A DNA stretch of 64,000 nt from Octopus sinensis (taxonomy: Eukaryota), in the NCBI RefSeq assembly GCF_006345805.1, contig NC_043002.1, forward strand, positions 22,072,001-22,136,000. Direction: 5' to 3'. The notes beneath the pieces were generated by a model. It did no database searches and was not told the DNA's origin. It saw only the letters and a list, made by a program, of their open reading frames with translations. Within the stretch, counting starts at the first letter, position 1; each line of letters begins with the position of its first letter. The position numbers and the translations under genes are program-made. Positions 49,211 through 63,319 of the stretch are shown one piece after another.

Positions 49211-49793
49211 TACCCTCTCTAGATTCGACCTGAACGACTCGATGCGGTTTGACCAGGTTCATATTGGAACATCCGGGAAAGTGGAATCGTCTGTGAAGGT
49301 TTGCGAGGCTTTTGCACCCTCCTCTCCTATCTGCTAAACCTACACAGCTTCACCTTACATATAAAACTTCATTCCAAACCCTCACTAACACTAAAGAGCG
49401 GGACATTCTCAGAAAGGTTTCCAGATGTCCGAGGAAATCTGGTCGTCCTGCCAGGGTATAGACGTCAACTAACCTAAAAGTATGTCCTTCGCTGTCTGTC
49501 ACGTCCAGAACCACCGATTTATCTTCCGGATGCAGGAAGATCGTCCTTATTGCATGATCTAGATTTTTCCGAACCATCACGGCAACTCCGCCTCCTGCTC
49601 CCGGACGACTTGGAGATGCGTACACCTCATAGTCACCAAAAATGGGTCGGAAGTCCCGTGAGTCGGAAATTCTGGTTTCACTAATGGCTACCACGTCGAT
49701 ATTCAGTGCCCTAAGGTCGTTGAGCAGGCGACCCCGCCTCCAAGCCAACTCCACACCACGTACATTTACGCTGTTTATTCTGTACATGACCAT
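49211..49793 (-). mobile_element. Tx1/L1-clade APE endonuclease domain (ORF2 N-terminus)
   Basis: INSVNVRGV...DVVAISETRI...GGGVAVMVRK...RLVDVY, continuing after frameshifts to FPDVPI*TWSNRIESFRSNLERV. Confidence 0.88.
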
Positions 49794-49946
49794 GTTGTCG
49801 TAAAAAGGAAAGAAAGGTAAAGGAAAACCTACTTGGTTTTGTTTGGAAGGGTGGATTGCCTGTCCCTCCTGTTGGCTTGCGGTGTTTCTAACAGTAAATC
49901 ACCAAGAATTCTAATAATAATGATGATGATGATGATGATGATGATG

Positions 49947-49995
<49 letters not shown>

Positions 49996-50500
49996 TAATA
50001 AAGAACTATTACTACACATGTATTTTAATTAGAACTATTACTACCGACACTCGGCAAGAAATGGAAGCAAATTTGAAAGAATAATAATAATAATAATAAT
50101 GATAATAATAATAATAATGATATGTGTGTGTGCGTGTGTATAATAAAAACTAACGTAACCGGACAACTGGTAACAAGTGTGCGTGTGTGTAGTAGTAGTA
50201 GTAGTAAAGATGGTGGGCCGGTGGTGGTGGTGGTGGATTTGGAGGTGTTGGTTAGGGGTGAGAGGCGGTTACCAACAAAGTGTTCAGATGTTACATGGAT
50301 GTCATCGTGAGTCAACATTAGTTCAGCATAAGCAGGTGTCTCCTTTGGACTACCTACACACTGCATACATACAAACGTGCATGCGTACATACACATACAT
50401 ACACGGGCGGGCACATACACACACACACACACACATATACAACAGGCATATACATACAAATATATAATATATCGAGAGAGAAAGAGGGAGAGAGGAATCA

Positions 50501-50536
<36 letters not shown>

Positions 50537-50891
50537 CACACACACATATATATATGTATATACACACACATATATGTATGTATATACACACAAGACTACA
50601 TATAACATATACATGAATATACATAATTTATAATGTCTATATCCATGCACACATGTGTATGCATATATGAGTATTCATATATATATATAATATATATATA
50701 ATATATATATATATATATTATATATATATATTGTGTGTGTGTGTGTGTTGGGTAATGTGATATATATATAGTATATAAAATATATATATAAGACACACAT
50801 ATATATATATATATATATACATATGTGTGTGCTTATGTGATATATGTATGTATATATATAAATATATGTGTTATATATATTTATATACATA

Positions 50892-50999
<108 letters not shown>

Positions 51000-51193
51000 A
51001 GTATATAAATTATACATGATTATAAGTATACATGTATTATATATATATATATATATGTGTATATATACCTGCATACACAGGGTTTTTGGATGGATATTTG
51101 CATTCATTTATGACTTTTTAACACCGTATAATACTTTATCGACTGCTGAGTATTATTTGTCTAGTGAAACCGTACTCTCGCCCATTGTTTCTT

Positions 51194-51249
<56 letters not shown>

Positions 51250-51366
51250 TACTTGCTCTACTCGTTCGGATTCATCGCAGGCGCGTGCACTCGCCTTTGC
51301 GTTTATAAACATGTCTTCGTATACGCCTGTTTGTGTGCAAGTTTGTGTTCACACGCACTTGTCTGT

Positions 51367-51448
<82 letters not shown>

Positions 51449-51564
51449 ACAAATCTGTCAGTCTGTCTGTCCCTCGTTCTCCATTTATGTCTGTCTGTCT
51501 CTGTTTCTGTCTCAATCTCTCTCTCTCTCCCCCTCACTGTCTATGCTCTTTTCTATCTATTTAC

Positions 51565-51901
51565 TGGTTTCATTCATTGGGCTGCGGTCATTCTGGGGCA
51601 TTGCCTTCAACGTGCTCCAGTATGGTCTTTGCGGAATGAAATTGACGCCGGTAGTTATATTTTTAAAATATGCCTCTGACACTGTCTCTTTTGCCGAACC
51701 GATAAGTTTCGGAAACATAAACGAACCAACAGCGGTTTTCAAACAGTGGGAATGAGAGACAAACGAAAATATGTACACATACCCATGAGTAAATAATTAT
51801 ATAGAAAAAAGATATATATATATAGAGAGAGAGGCGCAGGCGTGGCTGTATGGTAAAAAACTTGGTGTGTATTATTGTGTGTGTGTGTATATATATATAT
51901 G

Positions 51902-51966
<65 letters not shown>

Positions 51967-52570
51967 AAAATAAGACAAGGTAAAAAAATGCTAGAAATTT
52001 TGTCATGAAGAACATTTTAGCACCGAACTCAGTCTTCGCGACTTTTCCAGCTTAGAGTAAAGCATAGAAACAATTAAACTGTGGAAAAATTAAATGAATT
52101 GTCATAGTTTTCAACTGCAAAGAACATTTTCCTTGTATATATATATATATATATATAATATAATATAATGTATGTAGTATGTATGTATGTATGTATGTAG
52201 TGTGCAAATATTTGTGTGTCTGTGTTTCTCCCCCAACATTGTTCGACAACCAGTGCTGATGCGTTTATAAGTCCTCGTAACTTAGCGGTTTTGCAAGAGA
52301 AACCGATAGAATATGTACTAGGCTTTCAAAGAATAAAACCTGGGAAAATTTTGCTGGACTAAAAGCGGTGCTCTAGGATGGCAGCAGTAATATGACTGAA
52401 AAAGGTAAAAGAATCTATATACATTTGCATCAGCTTGCTTTCTAACGGCATGGTTTCGGATTCAGTCCCACTGTATGGCACTTTGGACAAGTGTCTTCTA
52501 CTATAGCTTGGCGTCGACCAAAGTCTTGTGAGTGGATTCGAGAGACCAAAACTGAAAGAAGATCGTCGTA
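51565..52570. mobile_element. Diverged SINE A fragments among (TA)n runs
   Basis: Minus-strand tail at 51565-51790, plus-strand tail at 52205-52410, plus-strand head at 52430-52570. Confidence 0.65.
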
Positions 52571-52714
52571 TATATATATATATATATATAGAATAAAACT
52601 TATATATAAAGGACGTGAAATTCACGAATTGACAAACACGGAAAAACGGACAGTAATTCAGAGCCTTCATTCTTCAGTCAGAAACCGATTCATCATGGCA
52701 AATTTCGGCTATAT

Positions 52715-52752
<38 letters not shown>

Positions 52753-52851
52753 ACGGGAAGCTTATTATGAAAATAAACAAAAGACGAAGGCAGGTGGAAA
52801 ACAAACGAAACAATGTATTAGTATGGCGCTCAGGAAAATTAATAAAACACG

Positions 52852-52889
52852 TCTTTAACGTTTCGAGCCTACGCTCTTCAACAGAAAGA
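52852..52889 (-). ncRNA. Minimal type I hammerhead (A6U core variant), copy 1
   Basis: UCUUU-CUGUUGA-A-GAGC(GUAG)GCUC-GAAA-CG-UU|AAAGA. Confidence 0.75.
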
Positions 52890-53455
52890 TACACAGAGAG
52901 AGAAAAACACAGAAAGAAGGAGAGAAAAAAAATGCGTGCAGTAGCTAACGAATCAACATGGCGATCTGATTTCGGCCAGAGTTCAAGATCAAACATGAGA
53001 CGCGAGAGCGAAATAAGGGGAGATAAGAAAGACGGAAGGAGAAACAAAAAATCAGGAAAATGTGGGAAGCATGAAATGAATGTAAAAAAAGTGGTAATAT
53101 AAGAGGAAATAAAAATACAACAAACGGGACAGTTTATGCGAACAAGTTCAAGTTGAAAGTTCAAGGTGAGAAATGTGTAGACGTCGTGGTATATTTTTTA
53201 AGGATTTCACATCAATGCAAAGTCACTTTGATCCGCGAAAGAAGGTGCAGCCAATGGTAAGTATCCAAGAGGTAAAGAAATCCAGGTAGGTGTAAGTGTT
53301 GATAGTGGTATTGGTAGAATATAGGATGAAAGTGAGACCACGTGAGCGCATATATATAACGGAAGCTTTATGAAAATAAACAAAAGACGAAGGCAGGTGG
53401 AAAACAAACGAACAATTGTATTAGTATGGCGCTCAGGAAATATAAATAAAACAAG

Positions 53456-53492
53456 TCTTTAACGTTTCGAGCCTACGCTCTTCAACAGAAGA
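53456..53492 (-). ncRNA. Minimal type I hammerhead, copy 2
   Basis: Same motif, with one U missing from stem I. Confidence 0.65.
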
Positions 53493-54061
53493 TACACAGA
53501 GAGAGAAAAACACAGAAAGAAGGAGAGAAAAAAAATGCTTGCCGTAGCTAACGAATCAACATGGCGATCTGATTCGGCCAGAGGTCAAAGATCAAACATG
53601 AGACGCGAGAGCGAAATAAGGGGAGATAAGAAAGACGGAAAGGAGAACAAAAATTCAGGAAAATGTGGGAAGCATGAAATGAATGTAAAAAAAGTGGTAA
53701 TATAAGAGGAAATAAAAATACAACAAACGGGACAGTTTATGCGAACAAGTTCAAGGTTGAAAGTTCAAGGTGAGAAAGTGTGACGTTCGTGGTATATTTT
53801 TTAAGGATTTCACATCAATGCAAAGTCACTTTGATCCGCGAAAGAGAGGTGCAGCAATGGTAAGTATCCAAGAGGTAAAGAAAATCCAAGGTAGTGTAAG
53901 TGTTGATAGTGGTATTGGTAGAATATAGGATGAAAGTGAGACCACGTGAGCGCATAATATATAACGGGAAGCTTTATGAAAATAACAAAAAGACGAAGGC
54001 AGGTGGAAAACAAACGAACAATTGTATTAGTATGGCGCTCAGGAAATATAAATAAAACAAG

Positions 54062-54099
54062 TCTTTAACGTTTCGAGCCTACGCTCTTCAACAGAAAGA
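54062..54099 (-). ncRNA. Minimal type I hammerhead, copy 3
   Basis: Identical to copy 1. Confidence 0.75.
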
Positions 54100-54489
54100 T
54101 ACACAGAGAGAGAAAAACACAGAAAGAAGGAGAGAAAAAAAATGCGTGCAGTAGCTAACGAATCAACATGGCGATCTGATTTCGGCCAGAGGTCAAAGAT
54201 CAAACATGAGACGCGAGAGCGAAATAAGGGGAGATAAGAAAGACGGAAAGGAGAACAAAAATTCAGGAAAATGTGGGAAGCATGAAATGAATGTAAAAAA
54301 AGTGGTAATATAAGAGGAAATAAAAATACAACAAACGGGACAGTTTATGCGAACAAGTTCAAGGTTGAAAGTTCAAGGTGAGAAATGTGTAGACGTCGTG
54401 GTATATTATATATACATACCCAACTCACATATATATATTTATTAAAAGTGGGGAACGCTGGTTTGTGGAATTATCTTAGGTTTCCCGTC

Positions 54490-54685
54490 CATAAAGGGTT
54501 TAGCTTTGTGCGAAATGCTTAGCGGTATTTCGTCTATCTTTACGTTCTGAATGAAAATTCCGCCGAGGTTGACTTTGCCTTTCATCCATTCGGGGTCGAT
54601 AAATTTAGTACCAGTTGCATACTGAGGTAGAGCTAATCGACTGCCCCACTCCAAAAATTTTGGACCTTGTTCCTAGAGCAGAAAC
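54490..54685 (+). mobile_element. SINE family B (head-truncated)
   Basis: GAAATGCTTAGCGGTATTTCG...GCCTTTCATCCATTCGGGGTCGATAAA. Confidence 0.8.
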
Positions 54686-54986
54686 GGATATATTTCTGTT
54701 CTACGCCGCTCGGTAAGCTGTTGGAAACCATGAAGGTATGGGTTTTTCTCTAACACAAAGTAAAATTCAAAAAGGTTGTTTCGGCGATGGTGCTTGACGT
54801 AGACTTTCCGAACGACGACACTTTGCTAACGGATGAAATTACAGATGCTCAGGTGCTCAGATGCTCCTAATTTCCACAAACAGTTCCGATTCTGAGAGGT
54901 CGCCCAAAATCCAAGTGTTTTCTGGGACCTTGCTGCTGGTTTCTCAACATTATTATTGATGTTAACACGACGATTAACCACTAACG

Positions 54987-55037
<51 letters not shown>

Positions 55038-55165
55038 TCAACAGCACAGCAATAACAACAATGACAACAAAAGCAACGTTACCACTACCAACAACATGTC
55101 CATAATCATTACCGCAACCACCATTACTATTTTCGCCATTGCCGCCATTGCCACCATTACTACTA

Positions 55166-55203
<38 letters not shown>

Positions 55204-55859
55204 ACTACTACTACTATCGCCACTACAATCACTACTATCATGAACACCACCACAACAGCAACACCAACAACAGTGTCAGCATCACTGGTACCACCACCAC
55301 CAGTTCAACATCGAACACCATATACAAAGACAAACCTCAATACAACGAACTCCAGCCATGACACCTCCGCCACCGCCGCCACCCCCGCCGCCGCCGTCAC
55401 CTCCACATCCACCACCACCGCGACCACTACCATCATCAACATCATCAGCAACAACAATTAAACGAAATCAAAACCAACCACCAACCCAACCCAACCAGCC
55501 GACCGGCCAACCAGCTATTCTACAGAATGACCAAATTCTTCCTTTATTGGCCACAAGACAGTTTATTAGTCTTAGAATCTGAATAGATATGAATATTTGG
55601 CCATCTTCGACTGGGAATAGATCCAACAATCTCCACCACTACACACACACACACACTCTATCTCTCTCTCTCTCCCTCTCTCAACACCCTCATCGTCACC
55701 CTCCACTCTAGTCTCCTATCTTTCATCTCTGTCTCTCTCTCTCTCTCTCTCTCGACTTTTTCATTCATTTCCTTTTGTTTCTTTTTTATATCTTTTACTC
55801 TTCTTTAGCCATTCTTTCATGATTCTTGTTTGTTCTTCTGTTGTTGTTGATGATGAACT

Positions 55860-56000
55860 TCTTCTTCATCTTCTTCTTCTTCTTCTTCTTCTTCTTCTTC
55901 TTCTTCTTCTTCTTCTTCTTCTTCTTCTTCTCTTTCTTCTTCTCCTTCTTCTTCTCCTTCTTCTTCTTCTTCTTCTTCTTCTTCTTCTTCTTCTTCTTCT
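55860..56000. repeat. (TTC)n microsatellite within a 54990-56900 simple-repeat field
   Basis: Direct reading. Confidence 0.95.
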
Positions 56001-56456
56001 CGTCGTCGCCGTCGTAATCATCATCATCATCCCCCAACCACATCCATCATCATCATCAGCAAAATTATCATATTCGTCTTCGTTGTTGCCCTTCTCATCC
56101 TCATATTCATTTTCATCCTCATCACTCCTTCCACCATGCCCCACCACCACCACCACCGCCGCCGCCTCCACCTCCTCTGCTGTCTCCGCCACCACCGCCA
56201 TCATCACCGCCTTCCCATTGTCATTATCATCTTCACCACCACTTACATCCCCAACATTCATCCTCATGATGATGATGATGATGATTTCATCATCATCATC
56301 ATCATCAGTTTTATTATTCTGTCCGGCTTTGTGACAAGCTGATCAAAAGGATACATTTGAATTGATCAGCTAAGAATGCTGAAACCCCTCCATCTCTACC
56401 CACAACAACAACAACAACAACAACAAATACAACTACTACTACTACTAATACAACTA

Positions 56457-56525
<69 letters not shown>

Positions 56526-57139
56526 AATATCTGACCACTCAATGGTCAACAAAGTGAGTGCCCAGTAGAGAAATGAAGACATTTCGTAAAAAGTCGTTTG
56601 TACAATCCACATTACAATCCACACACACACACACACACACACATATCTATAAACACACACGCACACACACACACACAGACACACACACACACACACACAC
56701 ACACTCACGAATGTTCGCAGAGAGACGCACACACATAAACATATACACACATGCACACAAACATACACACATACACAAGCTTACACACACACATAAGCAC
56801 ACTCAAACACGCACACAAATACAAACATACGCAAACATAAATAGACACATATGCAATCATAGATGCAAAGACACGTATACACACCATCTTTGACCAACTC
56901 TTACTTCAATGCCCGCTGACAACAACACCGCCACCACGACAACGGTTTTGGCCACCACCACCACCACCACCATTCACCACCACCATTCACCACCAATACC
57001 CAAACCACTATCACTACTATTGCCATCACCTCACTACAAAAACTATCACCGCCGCCGCCGCCACAACCACTGTGGACACCGACTCCATCACCATAGCCAT
57101 TGTCGACCGATCTGGTTTCATTATATATTACCTCAAAGC

Positions 57140-57352
57140 GGTGTGCTGGAATCCTTAACACACTGGAGAAACTGCTTAGCGGCATTTCGACCGTCTTTTA
57201 GGTTCTGAGCTCAAATTCCGCCGAGGTCAACTTTACACTTCATCTCTTCGAGGCCGATAAAATAAGTACCAGTTGGAGCACTGGGTTCGATGTAATCGGC
57301 TAGTCTCCTCGCATCAAATTTCAGGCCTTTGGCTTATAGTAAAAAGGATTAT
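57140..57352 (+). mobile_element. SINE family B
   Basis: Family B head and central domain. Confidence 0.75.
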
Positions 57353-57671
57353 ATATTGCCTCGGCGATTACTCGAACATTTTGCGTAAGTGAAACTCAGA
57401 GCAACAGTGGAGTGAACCACTAATTCTTTTCCAATGCACTCACACATATACCAAAAAATCTATGTGATTAAAGTGACCCACAATGTAATTCGGGTTGGTC
57501 AGGCATGGTTTAGATCAAGCACCTAAAAATCAACTTTTGATAGATTAGTAGTAAAAGTGATTTTGGGGGTAATTGAACTAAAGGTATCGATGAGTTTTTA
57601 CCTAAATTTATCAATAGTGTGACCATCACAGCCATGAAGTATTCCTAACCCATCGCCTCATTGACTACGTT

Positions 57672-58075
57672 CTCTCTTTTATTTGTTTCAGTCATATGAC
57701 TGCGGCCATGCTAGAGCACCGCCTTTAGTCGAGCAAATCGCCCCCAGGACTTATTCCTTGTAAGCCTAGTACTTATTCTATCGGTCTCTTTTGCCGAACC
57801 GCTAAGTTACGGAGACGTAAACACACCAGCACGGTTGTCAAGCGATGTTGGGGGGGGGGGAGACAAACACAGACACACAAACACACATATATATATATAT
57901 AAACATATACATATATACGACGGGCTTCTTTCAGTTTCCGTCTACCAAATCCACTCACAAGGCTTTGGTCGGCCCGAGGCTATAGTATAAGACACTTGCC
58001 AAAGGTGCCGTGCAGTGGGACTGAACCCGGAACCATGGGGTTGGTAAGCAAGCTACTTATCACACATCCACTCCT
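57672..58075 (-). mobile_element. SINE family A
   Basis: Full-length match. Confidence 0.9.
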
Positions 58076-58802
58076 ATATCAGTAAAGATATATTCAAGCA
58101 TTGTATATGTAGGGCTACATTATCGAAGGTATTTCTCCTTTGTAAACACCGTACAATGCTATCCGAGGAACATCTAACTACTCTTTCTAGTAGGTCCACC
58201 GAGCTCACTCAGAAACCCTCATCATGTATTGTTGCTGTTGTTGTTATCATTGATGCTATTGTTTTCGTTATTCTTGCTTTGTTATTGTTGTTATTGCTGA
58301 TGTTGTTAATGTTATTCTTAATATCTTTCTTAATGTTGATTTTGTTATATAGACTTCTGATCAAGCAGTCTATATAACAGAAAGCACTCTAGCCATGATC
58401 ATCCCATTGATAGTTGGCAAGCAGTGTACAATGTCTTTCAGTCTTTACAGATGACCACATCTGTTAAAGCTGTCAAGACTAAACAAATTTCAACAGATGT
58501 TGTATTCTCAGTGCGCATGCCCGTGCATTCTAAGTGCTGGTATTCCTTGGTAGCAGATGGACATTAACGATGATTTGAAGAGGGGAAGTAACTGAATCAC
58601 TGCTCACACACAGAGACACACACAGACGCTGCGACACACACACGTATACATACATATACGCTCAAAACACATTCACACACACACACACACACATAAATAA
58701 CATACACTCAGATTCACACACATACACACACATACGCATATATATATATATACATACACACACACACACATCTATCTTTCTATTTCTCTCTCTCTCTCTC
58801 CT

Positions 58803-58859
<57 letters not shown>

Positions 58860-58963
58860 CATATATACTTAGTCACGCACACATTACCTACATTTACATA
58901 CATACGCACGCACAGATATATACATACATACATGCATACATAGACACATACATACTCACATGA

Positions 58964-59011
<48 letters not shown>

Positions 59012-59757
59012 GTGGACCAGAGACCGAGCCTAGGCGAATGGCACCGCGAGCACCGCTTTGCTCTCAAGCAACTCTGCCGTCTGAGACCAAATTTGTGCAA
59101 CTTCAATTCAACGAAGGCGTTCTATAGAGGATTAGTGGAAGAGAGGTGCGACGACGTTCTCGGAGAGAATCTGAGGTTCGACGAGGAACAGCTGACCCGC
59201 CTGCTCAGAACAATTTTCGGGACGGGACCTACGGACAATCACCAGAGATCTCTGGCTTGGCAGTGCTATCGGGAAGCGCTGCCCGTTCGGGATAAGTTCT
59301 ACTGGCACGGTTCGAGATATAGCGGACCGACTTGCCTGAGATACGTCAGAGCGACGAAACCGTTCTGCACGCACTCGTGCAGTGTCCAACCATTTCGGAC
59401 CTATGGGCTTATGCCAAACGGCTGCTGTCACGTGTGGGACGAATTCGGTTGTCGGCCGAGTCTATCGTGAAAGTTGCTCCGCCACTTTCCCTTAACCGGG
59501 AAGGCAAGGCAGTTTTCATCGTACTGGTGGCCATGGTGAAACAATGTATGTGGTAAACTCGAGCGAAAAGTTTAGAGGAAAACACTTTCCTCTCTGGCCA
59601 ATCGCTTATCATCTTTTTCAAGTACCACTTGAAAAGGAAGACGAGAATAGAGAGGCAAGTTTTGTCGTATGAAAGATTCAATAAAAGACGGGTGAATGTA
59701 GTAAAGATGGTACGCACGAATGACGAAACCATTTTGGGCATGATCCTGTAAAACCAA

Positions 59758-59808
<51 letters not shown>

Positions 59809-59960
59809 CACTTTGCTATCATTTGGTTTTTCCCTCCCTGACTGAGGTTACCGTGCTCTTTTTTGTAGGCTTTTCTTTCCACGGATAATACCTAATCTGT
59901 TTTTTACACATTTGCTCTGTTCTGTGATACACGATCCCTTTTGATAGTTTTTTTTTATTT
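59012..59960 (+). mobile_element. Tx1-clade ORF2 3' end (zf-RVT region) and 3' UTR
   Basis: AWQCYREALPVRDKFY...TCLR / QSDETVLHALVQCPTISDLW...FFKYHLKRK; flanked by (CTAT)n, with (GA)n after the stop. Confidence 0.85.
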
Positions 59961-60353
59961 TACACAACAGCACACAATCTTGGAAGAGATCCTTTACGTG
60001 GTTACTTAACCGGTCAGAAACAACAGTCAAGCCTTGTCTCAAATCACAGAACACAGTTTTAAAATAAAGAAAAGACACTTTGAATAATGTAATCCAACAT
60101 ACTCACCGAAAGATGGGATGATCACGGGGGGAATGTTTCTGATTACAGATCTGCACAATTATAATTGACCTAGGGCTAAACAGGAACAAGAACAAAAACA
60201 ACAGCTACAGTAAGAGCAATAAAAACAACAACAACAACGACGACAATAACAACAACTACAACAGCAACAACAACATCAATAAGGACAACAACAAAAACAA
60301 GAACTATAACAGCTACAGCAGCAACGACGACGCCAACAACAACAACAACAACA

Positions 60354-60385
<32 letters not shown>

Positions 60386-60506
60386 AGCACCAGCTGCAGC
60401 GTGTCACAGATTAAACGAATATTGCATTAAAGAAAAAAGAGGCTATTAAAAAGAAATCTTCAACCAGAAAACTCCCTTACTACTACTACTACTACTACTA
60501 CTACTA

Positions 60507-60558
<52 letters not shown>

Positions 60559-60752
60559 GCTACTACTGCTACTACTGCGCTTTGATAACCATTAAACAGT
60601 AGGTGGCTGCAAAATCTGGTGTAAAACGAGAAAGTGCTGGCGACAAGAAAGGAGCGTTAAACAAACTGGTGTGTCAATAATTACTCCATCTTGGTTGGAG
60701 ACTGAATTATGTTGAGTAGCCGTGGATACGTAGCTGGCGGTGGTGGGGCACT

Positions 60753-60789
<37 letters not shown>

Positions 60790-60804
60790 CATATGCACAC
60801 ACAC

Positions 60805-60869
<65 letters not shown>

Positions 60870-61639
60870 ATATAACTATGTATATATATAATATGAAATA
60901 ATATGGTAAATAAATATATGCACACGTGTATGTACATAATCAGACACGAGCCAAAGTGTGGGGCCTCTACTTGTTCGTTCATCGACTTGCAAGAAATAGA
61001 AGCTAAATATGCTTCAAATCACACTCAGCCATTTTAAAAGAAGGAAGGTTGTATTGTTCTGTATAGTATTACATATAAAAGAAAACACATGTTGGTCAAG
61101 GCTGGAATGTCTTTGAACATAATTTAGCTCTATTCCGTTACATTTAACCATCGTAGAATTTACATCGGAGATGATACTGGATGGACCAGGAAGAATTTTC
61201 AATGCTGATTTCAAAACTGTCTTCGTTCCATTTTTTTTTTGTTTCAGTAATATCATTTCTAAGATGTCTCATTATTTTCTTATAAGTATATTTAAAATGT
61301 TTTGTATTTTCCGGAATATTTGCTCAGTTCATTACCATTAACATCAATACAACAAAAATATTCTTTCAAATCATTATCTCCTACATTTGTTCTTGCATTT
61401 ACAGCTTGGATAGATTGATGGTCTATTACAACGGATCTTATGAAAATATTTCCGGTAACTTTAGTTAACAAATAGGTGACCAAGACAAGCAGCAAACACC
61501 GCATCGAATATGCTTTGCTTGTTCGAGTAGACTTCATGATTGGTAGTACGAAGTGAGACAACCAATATGTCTCCCGTGCTCATGATATTGGAGGAACAAA
61601 GACTTCATCATAATTCTTTTATCATAATTCTTTTTAACT

Positions 61640-61851
61640 AATTTTTTGGCACAGGGGCCAACAACTTTCAGGGAGAGAGGAAAGTCGATTACATCAACTC
61701 CAGTGCTCGACAGGTACTTATTTTATCGGTCTTGAAAAGATGAAAGGCGAAGTCGACTGCGATAGTATTTCAAGTCATAATATAAAGCCAGAAGAAATAC
61801 TATTAAGCATTTTATCCGGACTGGTGACGTTTCTGCCAGCTCACCGCCTTC
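61640..61851 (-). mobile_element. SINE family B
   Basis: Reverse complement of the family B motifs. Confidence 0.75.
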
Positions 61852-63049
61852 GAAGACTTTATCATAATGACAGATATTTTCGTGGTTTTAACATATTTAG
61901 GTTTTCTGTGAAGAACAAACCAGAGCTTTGCCTATCCAAACTTGTTTCCAAGACGTAGATTAGTCCATCATAAAACAAACCCCGTTTTCTTTCCCTTCCT
62001 CCCAAATAATGGTCAGGCTTCCATAGAATATTAACTAAGAAGAGATGAAGAGATGATGCTGAGGGGATGGATTCTTTTTCTTACAAATCTTGAAGAAAAT
62101 TTGGAGCCAAGGTTATTTTTTCGAGAGCGTTGTAATAATCTTGCCAGAGACCTATCCTTATCCAAAGAAAAGGTAGAGCTTCCCTCTTTAAGATTGAAAG
62201 AAGGTAATTTATTCGCCAAAATATGTAAGGGAATCGATATTGAAAACGAAATTTTCATTTGTCAATGTTTTACACTAAATTGTTTCCACTTTGCTATTAC
62301 AATGACATAAATGAACTCTTCCCAAATTTGTCTCTGGCTTGTATATCACCTCTTTACTGATTCGTTACAAAACACCTTAAAAGTTGTTCTATTACATAAC
62401 AGCAATATAAAGCGATGCATCCTTACTACCAACTTTGTCCAATTAAAAGAGATATATGATAACATGGAAATACTGATAAATACCATTCAAAACCATGTTC
62501 GTCTATGGAATGACTGAAAATGTCTCAAGGCTATTAGTATGCCAATAAGCATACAATCAGAATTTACAAAATAGCGGAAGGGACAGCCGTGCCATCACGG
62601 ATTTCTACGTTAAAAGTGGTTAGCTAGCAAGGTCAATATACGCTCCGGGAATGAAACGTGTACAGCTTTCCCCTTTAGTTGATTTAAAGATATTTCTAGC
62701 TTTCCGTATTAAACTTGTTTTAATGAAAAACCTGTATTAAAACAATAGTTGAAGTAGAATAAGATTATTCCGTTCGGATTTTTAAAGATGTCTTAATATA
62801 AGTGTAAAAAAGTTTAAAGTAGGAAATTTTGTGGATCTTTACGTCAGAAAGGTTTTAAATTATACTGAATTTGAATAAACTCACAATACACTAGAATCAT
62901 AAGTTGTCAGGCTTTTAAACGAAATCTTTCCAGGGAATAATAAATCCCCTTCAAATAAAGATGGAATTCGGAACTTCGTTTGATTCATATAGATGTTCAA
63001 AATACCATTCCTGCATTTTTATGTAGGTATTTTTTTTCCAGAAAATATT

Positions 63050-63302
63050 GGTGCAGTAAATGATGAATCAGGAGAACGATTACATCAAGAACTTGGCAAA
63101 AGCGATTGTAATAGACAGAGCGAAGAGGGCTGAGGACAGACACTCTCCTCTTCGGTCAAGTCCTCGTCGACTTTTTCAAGTTCTACTGAGAAAGGAAAGT
63201 GAAGGTGAAGGGAAAAGTGTTTGCTCCCAGTTGGTCAAAAGGCGAAGAACAGTGGTAAAAACGGTTAGAGAGAATGGAACTAGTCCGGACATGCACCTGT
63301 AA
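63050..63302 (+). mobile_element. Tx1 ORF2 C-terminus (diverged)
   Basis: RGLRTDTLLFGQVLVDFFKFY*ERKVKV / VKRRRTVVKTVRENGTSPDMHL*. Confidence 0.7.
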
Positions 63303-63319
63303 ATTGGAACAAACAGGTA

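Larger units (their letters stand above)
52749..54407 (-). repeat. ~605-bp tandem repeat (2.75 copies), one hammerhead per unit
   Basis: Units start ATAACGG(G)AAGCTT at ~52749, 53356 and 53961. Confidence 0.92.

Noticed and set aside
52620-52712. CTGAAGA/CCGAAA motifs next to the tandem array
   Set aside because: Order and stems are incompatible with any hammerhead topology I could draw.
56337-56371. AGCTGATCAA/TTGATCAGCT hairpin as a miRNA precursor
   Set aside because: The 10-bp stem is too short and is isolated.
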